This document shows positions 1 to 13,330 of a stretch of DNA of 64,000 nucleotides, piece by piece. Origin of the DNA: Lingula anatina (Eukaryota > Animalia > Brachiopoda). Each line of letters opens with the position of its first letter. Position 1 is the stretch's first letter. The notes under the pieces were generated by a model. It had not been told where the DNA came from and ran no database searches. It was given only the letters and a program-made list of their open reading frames with translations. Made by a program: the position numbers and the translations under genes. The DNA lies in the NCBI GenBank assembly GCA_051362555.1, contig CM120640.1:57886788-57950787 (forward strand). Reading direction: 5' to 3'.

Positions 1-80
1 CAATGTTTAAGTTATGGAAGTCTACTAAATGTTAAATGGATGCAGTTACAATAAAATATTTTAAAATACTCTTTTTTCAG

Positions 81-1251
81 GCTGGAAGAGGAAGGAGTTC
101 TTACAGACTGCAGTATCAAGACTTTGGAACCAGATGACACCCTTGATTTTAACTTTTCCAGTGCTAATGTCATCAACAAAATCATTATGAAAGTAAATGC
201 TTAACTATTTACAATAAGCAGAATAGAAATTACTTGCATTGTTATTGATTATTATATCTTTTAGCTTAATTGCAATTATTGATTATATATAGTTCATCAT
301 CCAAGATATAAAAAGTTTCCTGATAAGTGTTAATATGCTCATGATTAGTGACTAATATTTCAGTCTGAGTGTCTTAAAGAAGCATTCAATGAACTGGACA
401 TGACCAGTGAAGTTTTACAGATAGTGATGTCACCTGACAGACCTTACTTCAGACTGTCCACATTTGGAAATGCAGGGAGTACACATGTAATTCTATTTAG
501 TTTTAATTAATGACAAATGGGTTTCCATTTCTGTCTAAGTCTGGTTGTTTTTCAAGGGTATGTCTCAATCACAGCTGTCTTCACTTGAAAATTACATTTG
601 TTTATTCATTATGTATCTTTTGTTGCTGTTGCTGTTCTTGTTGTTGCCATTTAAATTATCTGAAAAAAGATTTTCTCCTCAAAATTTAGACATTATAGAA
701 AAGCAGAAATGACTTTTGTGTGTTTTTTCATACTATTTTTCAGTCTGACTTTTCCAAGGATTCAGATATGATGGAAGCATTTAACTGCGCACAAACCCAG
801 ACAAACAGGTAAATACTCCTGTATTTTTGCCATATTGTTGACATTATTTTTCTATGAAAAAACCAAGAGAAAAATGATAATATGTATAACGCTTTGAGAT
901 CCCTGAAGGAGAAATTCAGATTCTATACTTTTTTGCTGTATTCTTGGATAAAAGTGTCTGAATATTATGTATCATTTTTTAATATATTTCACTAGTTCCT
1001 ATTTCTGAATTAATTTAATTTTTAGGTACAAGGTTTCTTTAATCAAACCCTCCGTGAAAGCTCTGGCGTCTTCTGTGCGTGTCTCCATTAGAACTGATAA
1101 CAGAGGGTTCCTGTCACTGCAATTTATGATCAAGCTTGATGATGGCCAAGTGTGCTTTGTTGAGTATTATGTGAGTACAACCTCCAAGTTTCTTATTATT
1201 TATTTAAAAAATGTCTTGTTATTATATCATTTGATGTGATTAATTCCTGAG

Positions 1252-1297
<46 letters not shown>

Positions 1298-1389
1298 GGG
1301 TTTATTGTTGAGCAATTTTAAATCTGTAATTCACAATTGTATTTTAGTGTGTGCCTGATGAAGATCTAGCGGAGGAGTATGATGACTGA
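81..1389 (+). CDS. RAD1: Cell cycle checkpoint protein RAD1 (9-1-1 clamp subunit), 3' part; 5' exons lie outside the window
   Basis: Exons 81-192, 364-486, 744-808, 1026-1170, 1348-1389 (all GT-AG, phases consistent). They translate to LEEEGVLTDCSIKTLEPDDTLDFNFSSANVINKIIMK-SECLKEAFNELDMTSEVLQIVMSPDRPYFRLSTFGNAGSTH...KPSVKALASSVRVSIRTDNRGFLSLQFMIKLDDGQVCFVEYYCVPDED, closely matching the recalled C-terminal half of animal RAD1. Confidence 0.95.
1255..1294. repeat. (CT)n microsatellite in the last RAD1 intron
   Basis: Directly visible perfect dinucleotide run. Confidence 0.95.
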
Positions 1390-3415
1390 CTTCAACTCAG
1401 TTTGAGGGGGAAAAGATTAATTTAAGTTGTCAAAAGTTGAATAAGTGGAGTATGCAGATGGAGACATAATTGGAAAACTGTCAAACATATTGTGTCAGCC
1501 AGAGAGTTTCAGGTTTAGTCAGCGAAGTCTGGGATTTTTGTGTTTAGAGCACCCCAATATAACTCCAAGGGCTTACAACATTCAAGCTGCCAACCAGACA
1601 CTTCCACATCCAGTCCTGGTTCTAATTTATTTTCCATGGCATGAAAGGTCAATGTGTCATGCTATCCTCTGAGCTGCTTAAGAACGTTATTTGATCAACG
1701 AACTTGTACTCCATTATCATTAGCCTTGCCTACTGCAAGTATGCTTTTGATAGGACAAAATGCATTGAGCACAAACACACTTGTTACTTTATGATTTAAT
1801 AACAAGACCTTCGTGTTAACCTGCCAAAGTGGGAGTGATATGCAGGATTTTCTTCTCAAATGGGAAGTGATTAGGAACTGCATTTAATAGGGATTGATTA
1901 CTCTGAATTATTGCTTTATTACTGCGGCACTCCAAGGGTTTGTTGCATTTATTGCATTTGTTTCCATCCAACCAAATACATGTACTAAATGTCCTCAGTA
2001 CCAGTTCTCTACATTCACTTAACCTTTTTCACCTAAAATGATCAGAAAATAACTAAGAATGTTTTAGTATTGTACTCTGCCACTGCTGCGCCTAACCTAG
2101 CTGTAGGTACCGGTTCATAACAGGAGGTGGCTGCTCCCCTCACATTGTGCAGTTTATTCAAGATATCGCATTTAACATTATAGATCTAACTGAATAGTCC
2201 TAAAGGAAGAAATATCACGTTTTTACGAATGCAAGCTAGGGTTACAACGCTATGGTTATACGGAAAGTGGACACTTAATCGGGTCATTTTGAACTATCTC
2301 GAGCAATGCAAGTAAAATATTCGAAGAACAAAAAAAAAAGGACAACAAGAGCCAGTATCCAGACTAATCAAGCGAATAGTTGTATAATTTGATTTTTATT
2401 TGTTGCAAGTCCGAAACTGGGAGATTGTCTGCACAAGTATCGAGATTTGATTTAAGTAAATAGAATTTTTTTGTACTTGACGTCACTCGATCAAAATCAC
2501 TGAAGTTAGCTAATGTTATTACCGAGATTTTACTAACTCCAAGCCTCGATGAGTCCTAGAATTGAGCGGAATCTTATGCGATTTGGCAGTATTGATATTA
2601 TTAAGGAAACGGATATCGATAATTATTTAATGAAATATCCACCAGGTACAACTGATTGGATGATTAACAGACGCAAAATACTATTAACCACAATTGATAT
2701 TATTCTGACGCATGGTAGTCGATCAGGATATGGAATTGCCTATTAAGGTGTAAATTGATACCACGGACACATTTATTGTAATCACGCCGAGTCCTCGAGG
2801 GACTCCATTTATCTGCCACCTTTCATGTAGACATAAAATGGACATTATGGTATCAGAAGAGCACTTGGTTCACATTCGTTCTTCTTGGCAGCATTCAATG
2901 CCAGCCAATTCAGTGAATATAAAATAAACGAATAGTTTGATAATGAACAGTCAGGTATGCCAATCAGATAAGGCATTTGCAGAAAAATATCACCAATTGA
3001 TAGTACAATTTATTACTGTTATTGTTTGAAAGAGGTTCCTAACAAATGAACAAGGAAAAATATTTATCTGGAAACGTACATTTTTATGTATTTTATACAA
3101 CAGACCTACAAAGCAAAGCAAAACAATATTTAGTGTGCGTGATACAAGCAAAATACAAGTGTGAATCACAACTTAACTTAGAGAAAACCATAAAAAGTCT
3201 GTGCGTTTTTTTACAGGCTCAATAACGGGAGTAGTCGATCCCTACTTTCCCCAAAAAAATATTGGTAGACCTTATGGTTAGTATAGATGTTGGTTATTAA
3301 CGCTCGGGATACTCTATTTGATTACAAGATCGCCAATAAGAGAACCAGAAGTTGGATGTGAAGCTGTGTGGTTGCTACAGACAACACGTCCAACTCAAGG
3401 TTCTGTGGGAATTCT

Positions 3416-5313
3416 TTACTCTTGGCCATTTACGTTAGATTGGGGCATCGTGTCTACAGTATTCAAATTATTTACTACACCCAGTCGGATAAATTGAAAA
3501 GTTTCGAAAGGATTACCCCCATTGCCGGATTGTTGTATCGACTCATTATCGGTTTCGGGATTCGCCTGGATTTTATTTTTGCGACAAATTACATCAATGT
3601 GCAACACTTCCTGAATCTTTTTGCGAAATCTAACATGTGTTAATAAGTATATGATAAAATTAACACCACAGTTCATAACGCGAAATGTACTGAGAATATG
3701 GGTGATGAGACCAGAGCGCTTAACCAATCCAGCATTTACTAAAGTAGTGTGGACAGTGTACGGGAGGATTAACATGAACGCTGCTAATGTGTTAAACGTA
3801 ATAGCCGCGGTGATGTTGTTTTGAGCAGACAAACTCTGCGAAACTGGACCAGTAGGCCCTTTCGCTTGGGAGTTGCGAATGGTCATGAGTCGAAGCAAAC
3901 ATGAACCCGATATAAGTTGGATCGCTAAGGGTATAACGATGGCAACAATCTCGGCATGTGTTCTGTCTATTTTTTTACCGGAGGCCAAAGTCTGAAATTG
4001 GGTAATAGCTATTATAATCACCACAAAGAGTAAAATTGATATCCAAACAAATGTTAACTTTTTCACGGCGGATTTTCGTTTATAGATTAATAAAGGGTAT
4101 CTGAGGACTAAGAAACGCCCTACTGAGATAGAGGTCAATAGCAAATGCGAAAAGTAAAATATCAGTTTAGATATAGCACTACAATAGACGTGCAACATCC
4201 TGAGGTCTTTACTTGCATATTTCGGAAGTAAGGGAGCTATACCCTTAGCCATATATATTGGGAATCTCATGGCGCAAGTTAAACCATCGGAAATTGCGAG
4301 CACAATGAAAAAAGATATAAAATGCTTGGAATGAGGCTCTTTTTTCAACTTTGTCCAAATCAGTGTGTTCATTATGTTGGTAAAAACACACCAAACATCT
4401 GTGGAAATTAGCACGTAAACCATAGCGTCATTTCTCCCACGATCAGCCGAGTTGCTATCATTTAAATTCTCACTGCTGTTTTCAAATACTGGCAAACTCC
4501 AGTCCACTTTATGTTCGTACAGAACTGTTGCGTTGAAATCAATGTTCTCTTGCAAGGCCGAACCCAAGTTCTCTGAAAAGTTTTTTGTTAGAATTGTCTC
4601 CTTGTAATTAGAACCGGCGAGTGATCTTTGGTGCCGATTTTTTGCCGTACCCTTTCGAGCAATGTCAAGTACAATGTTCCGATAGTCCATACTGATTGTC
4701 CTCTCCAAATTTTTTATCCACTTTTCTGGGCCTGAAATAGTATACAATTGATCTGCATTTTGTGATTTTTGGAACACTGCTACAACTGTTTGTTTTCTCT
4801 CGCTTCTTTCCCTTGTAACTGATATTGAAATGCTTCGGGCTGCCCAGGTTCTTTCACAACTTGCTGTGTCTAAAACCTAAAGATGAACAGTATGACAAAA
4901 GGTCTACATGCGTGCAACAGAAACGATTTGTAATAGAATGCACGCTCTGCATAAATTTCAAACATTAAGTGTGTGTGTGTGTGCGTGCGTGTGTGTGTTT
5001 AAAGTAACACCATCGAGTTTTTCTTTTAATTTTAACATTTAAAACAAGTGTACAGCTCTGTTGTGAATAAAATCGTCACCTGTTACCTAAAAACGTAACA
5101 TGTCAGTAATGATACTTAAATGAAGACAACACGAGGCACAAATTTGTTCTAGACCACTGAATGAAGTTTCGTTTAAAGTTATTGATCTACCGAAAGTTTA
5201 CATTTAAACTAAATTACTTTAAGTGTTAGAAAAGCTACAATGTAAATGTGTCATAAAATTACCTGGGACCACAGCATCGTATAAAAGATCCACATCACGC
5301 ATAGACTTAACAT
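3416..5313 (-). CDS. Rhodopsin-class (class A) orphan GPCR, neuropeptide/FMRFamide-receptor-like, ~503 aa, with signal peptide and long N-terminal ectodomain
   Basis: Exons 5313-5263 (MLSLCVMWIFYTMLWSQ) and 4876-3416 join in phase 0. Seven hydrophobic segments carry class A motifs: TM1 TNIMN, TM2 LAISD, TM3 SVGRF (DRY variant) followed by YPL, TM4 W, TM5 P, TM6 LP, TM7 NFIIY (NPxxY variant). Confidence 0.85.
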
Positions 5314-5772
5314 TGTGTTTGAGAAATAAGAGGAAAAGGACTTATTTATACTTTCAAGAGAGTCAATTTTCTAGGTAGTACATCATTATGTGTAATAATT
5401 GCCCACAGCTGGCTTAGTTGGACGTGATTAGCTTTCCAATGACAAACTCCCAAGTAATCCGATCATTTGTCAGAACGTCATGCCAATTTGTAGTCTCAGG
5501 ACATTCCGTGTATACTTAGAAAGGAAAAATGGCCCTTTCAATCATCGTTCTAGTATTAAGAATTAACGCAGAAGGAGTGACGTTTCGAAAGTGGCTCCGA
5601 TTTAAAATATTTTTGTAGTATTTGAAGTAAATAGTAGACCCACTTAAAATTGTTGGATCATTTTGCTGCATAGCGATATAACCAAAACATTACAGGAATA
5701 TATCCCAGAGATGTACATCCTTTTCTTTCTTGAAATCTAATGATGCTTACGTATTTCCAAAATTTTAAGTGT

Positions 5773-8709
5773 CTAAACCTTTTCCTTAGCAACGCGAACA
5801 TGGTAAAACAGGTATTCCAAAGTGTTCAGTTCTCTTGGACTCATGTAGTGGAATGAGATGGGATATTTGCTGCAGCAGTTCAGCCCCTGAAAATGGGAAA
5901 CAAACATTTAATGATAAATATAAATGATAACAATAATGATAGCGGTGATAAATAACATAATAAATTATAATGGTCACAATTCGCTTGTAGCGCAGTTTTA
6001 ATTGAAATAAAAAAATTACTGGTCTGTTAACACATTAAATCTAACACTGGCAAGTGAAGTCTCTAAGAAGAGGAACTGGGTTAACTATAACTGGGTTTAT
6101 CATCAATTTTCTGGGGTTTGACTAGATCCAACCGTCTTCTTCCTTAATTTAACTACAAAATAAGTTCGTCAAATCAATCAAGACGGCAGTCAAGAGCACA
6201 ACATTAGGAACCACCAACCCGTCGGGCTCTGTTCTGATCCCACGTATAATACCATTTAGGGTACTGTCCCAAGATGTGTGTCAGAGGTGTGAACGGCAAA
6301 AATCTTTCCCTACCAAGTTCGTCAGTTGTGTTTACTGCTTTAGCTCCGACTCTGCTTAGACATTGAGCAGTTTTCCAGTCCTCACCTAAGATAAATACAT
6401 ACCTATGAAAAATACAAAGCGGATTTCATTTTGGAATAGCGCGCGACACGAAGCTGTCATGTTGAAACAAAAATGGATAAAAACACAAAATAGTTTCGTT
6501 GGATCTTATATATGGTAGTATTTGACAATTCTAATTATTATATCCAAATGTTTTATTAAATGTGGTTGATACTTTGCCTAGTTCTTTCACACTTAGAATA
6601 GTTGGTTATTGTATGTGACATCGTTACTCGTTCATAACAAGGTGTTATCTTTCTTTTCTTGGTCTTCTGGGTCGGTCACTGACTACAGGCACCAATGTAT
6701 AGTATGCACTGCTCGTAACTTGTGCGCCACTGGGTGTTATGATACAAACTATAAAGTATTGGTTACGGGACCTTAGTCAAGTCTGTAGTTTAATGGCCTC
6801 CTGAGGCAACTTTTGCTTAAAATATTTTTTTGAATTTCATGGACAACTGTCTTCACTATCATAAGAGTAAGATGTCCCCCCGAGCCCCCAACTATTTTCA
6901 TTAAAGAGCCCACTTTTTACCGTTGGATGGCCATTATCAAACCTACGGTACTGCGCAGATTTGCGATACACATTAATATCTAAAAACCCGTCCTCAGTAT
7001 TTAGGAACGCCGCATGTATGGCTGGCTGTCGCCATTTCTTAATTGGTGTACTTGTTGCTGCTGTTGGTGCGATTGATGTTGTTACGATTGTGTTACTGTA
7101 ATGTTATCTTCAATACTTAAATTACATGTAATTCTTAGGGACGTGTAAGGACCATGGCTCTAATTTCTGCAACCAAGACTACCCATTGAGTTAAAGTTCA
7201 TTTATTGGTATTTCATTAAGTTTCCCTACCTGTTCCATCTGGTATGCAAGAAGGTTTTAAGAAAAAGGCTTTGGTGACTAAGAGTCGAAGCGCCTCCTTG
7301 GACAGTACCAAGCCAGACCCTCCGCTCATGTATGTGAAATTAAGCTGTCTGTGTGGTAGCTTGAAAGAATGACCAAAATATTCTGCCACTGAAGAGTTTC
7401 GAAAGGACAGGTAGTTTCTTAAGTTTTCTATAATAACGTAAGTGTCTGGATCGGCTTTCATGAAGTAATCTGCACTGCTGGCAAAATTGTTGTAAATGTA
7501 TACCCATGCCGCTTTTGACTTTGCGGCGATGTGCTCCCTCCCGCTACTAACATTAAGCCCGATCGTCGGAAAACTTTTATTTTCTGCGGAGCTCATGAAT
7601 AAACTTTTGTCACACCTTCGAGTCCATGTATTTTTTACATGAATCGTTCTCTTTTGTAAATCATCTGGGTCTGTAAGTATCCAGCAAAGGATTCTGTATT
7701 TTGTTCCTAAAATTTAAAAAAAGAAAATACTAGATAGCATAACAAATCTTAACTTCTATGAAATGAAGTTTTCTGATATTTCATTGTAATTGCTTTAAAA
7801 AACAATGTGTCCGTTGCACCCACAACAGTTGGCCAACTGGAGAAATCTCACACGATTGCAGACAGGGCAGATTTTTAGATATCAGTAAAATGAAATACAC
7901 AGACCATGTGCTAAATATATTGACATTCTACCAACCATTAAATTCAATATTTAAATAATGTACAGCTGTCACTTCGATATAAACTAGTGTAACCCTAGGT
8001 ATCTCCCGTTTCATCGAATCCATCAAAACAGATTCTTCTTACATTAAACTTTACGTGTTTCCTAGTGTCAAAGAAAAAATACCAATGTTACCAATTGTTT
8101 TCAAACTAAAATTTTAGTGAATAAGTATTGAAGGAATTAATCTAGCGTGGGCAATGAAATGACCGCTGCCACTCTCATATCATACATGTACCCGATCGAC
8201 TTCGTGGTAACGTGGCCACATCTGACACCCCCCCACCCCCCCCCCACCCCCACCCCCATTGAGAGATCATGCTAATAGAAGGTATGTAGTGTCTGATCAG
8301 CAATCTGCCTTTCACATATGACAAAAAAATACACTTAAAACAGCCACCCACTCATCTGGTTGGACAATGTACCAAAACATGAGGAAAAATTACACATGCT
8401 AACTTAAAGGCATACTATACACTCGAAGTAAATTCACTGACATTTACTGTGAAATCATATAGCCGGGGGCTATGACATAATCTTACTGGCCAGGGCATAC
8501 TACTTACCCCGATTTCTGGTATAATCTAACCTGTACCGAATTTCCTTTTTATTTCCCAATATTGACAACTCTCGAAGTGCCTTTGCCGCCCAGAATCTGT
8601 GGTCGCGCCTCTCTTCATGGGTATGGTAGTTTACAAACAACCACAGGTAAATACCGCTACATAATAAAGCATTAATTCCACAAAACACCCAAATCCTGGA
8701 TCGACACAT
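5773..8709 (-). CDS. C1GALT1: Core 1 beta-1,3-galactosyltransferase-like (C1GALT1/T-synthase, GT31), ~319 aa
   Basis: Exons 8709-8508, 7706-7230, 6385-6219, 5886-5773. Type II N-terminal TM (IWVFCGINALLCSGIYLWLFV) and family motifs RILCWILT...TWTRRCDKSLFMSS, FMKADPDTY (DxD), YMSGGSGLVLSKEAL, ED...CL, CCSKYPISFHYM...LEYLFYH. Family assignment is firm; one-to-one orthology is not, because invertebrates often carry several paralogs. Confidence 0.85.
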
Positions 8710-10347
8710 GCGTTTTGTTATATGATCTCTGATGATTTCCCCACAATACAGTTTGATAAACTTCCTTTCTACCTGGTGCACTGATATACACTGGGAATTT
8801 GATGATACAGTGTTACCTGTAGTCCTAACCTATTGGCTACGATGTAGGGTTGCGGAGTTCAGCCAAAATTGCCCCTAGACAACGCAAGTCTTAATAAGTT
8901 TAGATGTGTCTAATTCACGCAAGAAACACCGTCCATTGTCTGTATCACCAACACATATTTTATCATAATTTTATTGATCTTTGACATAAACGTAAAAATA
9001 CATTTCAAATATAAAATGAAAAAATATGGTCCCTCATGTATCCAGGTGTGAATAATTACCAATTTTCAACAGCTTGCATTCCACATGTTGCTGTCAGCAT
9101 TAATATTCGTATTGTGTCCGTACAACAATTCAGTACAGTACTTAACATTTATCATTCACCTAACTGAAATAAGTTACGGTATTTTTTCTCCCCCAGTGCT
9201 ATGGACTGTTGCAGTACATCTAGGTAGCTCAGCGATTGACACATAGGGTTGACAAAAGTTTGCCACCAATATTCATGTGATCGTATTAAGCACTCATAAA
9301 TGTGAAAAGTCCATGAAAGTGGAACTGGCCACGCCCAAATATGATCGACAATGTGGCACCATTCTCCACCGCAAAGACACGCAATTTGCAACGTAGCCAA
9401 CTGTGATCACCCTTCCTGAGGTGACAGCTTGTAATGAGTTCGTGTTTTGCAAGAGGGCTTGTCATGCCACAATAGTTGCCAAAAAAATTCAGAAATTGGC
9501 GCGTAGAGTTGTCGTAACAAGTCCGCTGCCAAACTAATGGGACCACGCTATGGTGCTAACATAACATGATGTGGTGTAGGATGGGAAATAGTGTAATGCA
9601 GTGCGTGCGTTTAATGTGCATCATGGCAATAGCTATGTGTGTTGGAAGTTTATGACTTTTTGATAACTATTCTTCATGCTAACCGAAATTAACCCGCTAA
9701 ATCAAGTATCTAGCTCGTGAAATAAATCCATAGAACACACATTTACACAAATTCATCACACAGATTATAAAGCATGTTGAATGGCGGTTTATAAATATAT
9801 TTATTTCTAATTATGTGAAATAAGATCTCACAAACAATGTTGTCTACTGCAGACTTGTAGTACCTGAGAAGACTGGGTTATCTTGTGGCAACAGCAGAAT
9901 GAATGAAGGAAGGAAAGTAGTGGTCATTTGAATACTTAAATAGGCACTGATGTTACGAAAAAAGCAGTGTTGATACTAAAGGTCGTTAACATGCTGTGAA
10001 ACCGTTTGGTCCGTAGCAATATATTATCTGTACCTGGGCACAATAAACGAGGAGCTGTCGGTACAAACTGCTTTAAATAAAGTCAGCCATTTACTGATAA
10101 ACTAACTACTACTAGTAACCAATGACCATGAAGAGCAGTGAAATACAAAATACATGTTTATATCAATAACTATTAATTAAGCGCACACTGTGCCCAGACA
10201 AGGTATTACTAAACCATTTATTAAAATATCATTTACAATAAGAAACATACCTGGTCAGCAGTAACAGACAATCTCGAATATTTTTATTGCTTATCTGAGC
10301 TTCAAAATGCATAGATTTTTTAAAAAATTATATAAAAATATTGACAA

Positions 10348-10897
10348 AATAGAAAAGCATTCAGAGGATGCAGACCTCCGCCAAGACAGCTTAAATCTCA
10401 TTATTTGATTGATTAAAGGGATATTAACTCTTCGTTTTGGCCAAAAAAATGAATTTTCCTGGAGTAAACAATAATTTTCCCATACTTACCAATGGTTAAC
10501 GAATCCATTTTTACATTCAAAGTTAGTCCCTGGTTTTTTTCTAAAAAAAAATTTTTTTTGTTATAATCTCTTAAGAGATTATAACAGTGTATAGCCATCA
10601 ATGGAGGTCACGTGGTCTATAGACAAGCTCAAATATCAGAATAATAGCTATAACTGCCGTTTTTGTGGTAAAACAGAATATATTATATTTCTATGAGTTG
10701 TTCACAATGTTTTTATTGTGAAATATAAATCTCATACGAAGAGTTATTATCCCTTTAAGTAATGGTTCATCACCATATCTAATCGATTCTAAGTTAGCCA
10801 AAGTCTGACCTATCCTAAAACATTCTTCTTGACCCGTTCATAACTGTTTACATAATGTTACTAACAGAAAAACGTAAACATAACCTCCAAGGCGTAA
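10348..10897. mobile_element. Non-autonomous Helentron/HINE-like element relic (host of a nested MITE)
   Basis: Starts AGAAAAGCATTCAGAGGATGCAGACCTCCGCCAAG and ends AAACATAACCTCCAAGGCGTAAT. This resembles the recalled ACCTCCGCCAAGG subterminal motif and 3' hairpin of widespread invertebrate/fish non-autonomous elements. Boundaries approximate. Confidence 0.5.
10417..10754. mobile_element. Kolobok-like MITE with TTAA target-site duplication
   Basis: TTAA(10413-10416)-AGGGATATTAACTCTTCGT ... ACGAAGAGTTATTATCCCT-TTAA(10755-10758): a 19-bp TIR with 1 mismatch, purine-rich ends and a TTAA TSD. Confidence 0.8.
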
Positions 10898-11229
10898 TTA
10901 CCTACTACTCCCATTGCACTAGTCTCAATAGGGAAATCCGTCCCCATTTCCATACATGAACTGGAGTAAAAAAAATGGCAACAATATATAGTAAACGCAG
11001 GGTATCTACCGGTAGGCCTAATTACATTTTTGAAATGAATTGAAATTCAAAACGTACATGAAAGGTTTAACTCCATTCATTTAAAATTTAACTCTGTCAC
11101 CTGCGTGTTGCCATTGACTCTATGGATTTTCATAGGGATATGCTTGACTAAGTTACAGTGTTACTACGTAATCGTAGAATTACATAATATTCACCTTCAC
11201 CATAAAAATAATGAAATTTGTGTTGCTGT

Positions 11230-13293
11230 TTAGGCAAAATACCCCTTTCCGACATTCCCAGTTTGCGATTTATGCCCATATCCCAGTTCTGCACCACCAC
11301 TCAAGAGTATATCTACGCCAGTGCAAAATGAACCTTCCGCTGCAAGAAAAAGACATGCCTCCCCACATTCTTCGGGCGTGCCCATACGCCCAAGTGTCTG
11401 GAATTGACAGCAGAAACAACCCCGTCAGAAAACGTTTCGTGTACAGGCGATGTACGTAAAACACCTGTCTTCCAGATAATTTTTTTTTTTTTTTTTTTGC
11501 ACACTGCAGCCAGCAATTATGTAGGTTTACGTTTTAAATAGATGGTCTGATTGTCCGTGAAATCTGAATTATGCTTATATGATACCATCGTTTTAGATAT
11601 GACACAAGCGCTCAATTACACTAATGCATACCTGTAAATCTGCTGCTGCCTTGGTGGCGTCTTGAGGATTTTCGGATTGATTCAGAAAAAAATCGAGCAT
11701 GGGGGTTTTTATGGTGCTTGGTGATATGCTACAAAGTATGAAATAATGTCTGCACAAGATTTCTAGAGGTTTATCAAGCCATAGATAACATAGCGATTTT
11801 GTTGAAAAAAAACTGAACGAAATGCTTAGTACGTTTTCTTTTCTATTTATTGCTTTACAGTGTTTCATTTGCTCATGCTTCGAAGGTCTTTTTAGCTTTT
11901 TTATTTTTAAAAGAAATTATCAAAATCATGATGGGCATGGTCACCGGGTATTCATCATAATGTTATCTTTCTAACATTTTTGTCTGATTTACTTCAATGC
12001 ACTGACCTGTTTACTCTAACACCGTGAACGGCTTCATCCACCGCCAAGGACTTAGTCATTGCTAATATGGCACCCTGTGGCAATAAACAAAAAATAAAAA
12101 ACTAAACTTAGATACTTTTTAATGCATTATACAGCTAATATTGAACACGCCGATAATTATTATTTTGTCTTAACAATAGATATAATGAGGACTTATTACT
12201 TTGGTATGACAACCAGTCTTGACCAGTCTTGAATGTCTTGAATGCTCATCAGTTAATTGAAACACTGACTTAGATAAAGTGACATTTTGCTCTACTGTCA
12301 GGAGAATGTAGTTTAAGTTCTTTATGAACCTTCGTTGCACCGTACGTCACCGAGCCAGATGCTCCATATTGTCCCACCATGCTGGATACATTTACAATGC
12401 TACCATGGCTAGACCGTAGGTGGGGTAAAGCGTGCTGAAAACAAGTTAGAAATACACATAACAACCACGGAAACAAATATGTTTGCAATGAAAAATATCA
12501 TGACAAAAGCGTCATGTTTGTGAAAATGCGTGATAGAATTAGCTAAAAACTGGTGCGTTGATGCGTCAGCATTCATTATGTTTCTCGGACTGTAAAGCCT
12601 GTCATAAATGTGATGACGCATCTGCGCAAAAAAGGGCTGACAGAAAAAGATGATAATCTGCCATCCCAATTAAAGGATTAGAATCTTCTAGTTGCATCAT
12701 ATAATTGCCTGTCACCCACCTTACAAAAAAGAAAATAGCTGACGAGGTTAATGTTGAGCAGTTGTCTAAAATCCTCTGCAGTAAAATCATCTATCATTTT
12801 TATATCTGGGTCTGAAATTCAAAGAATTATATCGCGTTAATTTACTTACTTATTTATTGTATTTCATTCCATAAGATCTTTGAGAAAATCCCTTTGCATG
12901 ATTGCCATATAGGCCTATACAAATGTAGGCACATGTTAGTTGTGAATGGTATACGTACGTGACCCAGCGTTATTGATTAGACAGTCTAGACGCCCAAAGC
13001 TTTCAGTTGTTTTCTTCACAACCATCTGAAAGGATATACAAGATTAGTTTTTAATGTAAAAATAGAATTTTTATAATCGTAGGACAATAAACACTATTTT
13101 CAATTTTCTATACTGTCATGTAGAATACGATGCAAATGTCCCTACATCCTGTGTAAACAATCACCTTTATCTGTTCCTCGTTAGTGACGTCGCAAGGAAT
13201 GAACATCGCCTCTCCAACAAGTCTCTGTTCTTCTTCGAAAACCTTCCCCTCACGCTCTAAAATCATGATGCTTTATGTATTAGTATTACTAGT

Positions 13294-13330
<37 letters not shown>

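Noticed and set aside
1387-1700. Selenocysteine or stop-codon readthrough at TGA stops (RAD1, tdh-A, SH2B)
   Set aside because: Stops coincide with the expected family C-termini and no SECIS-like hairpin was recognised.
9152-9546. Overlapping minus-strand ORFs of 82 and 86 aa
   Set aside because: No recognisable motifs or consistent splice structure; HSD17B14 already terminates at 11230.
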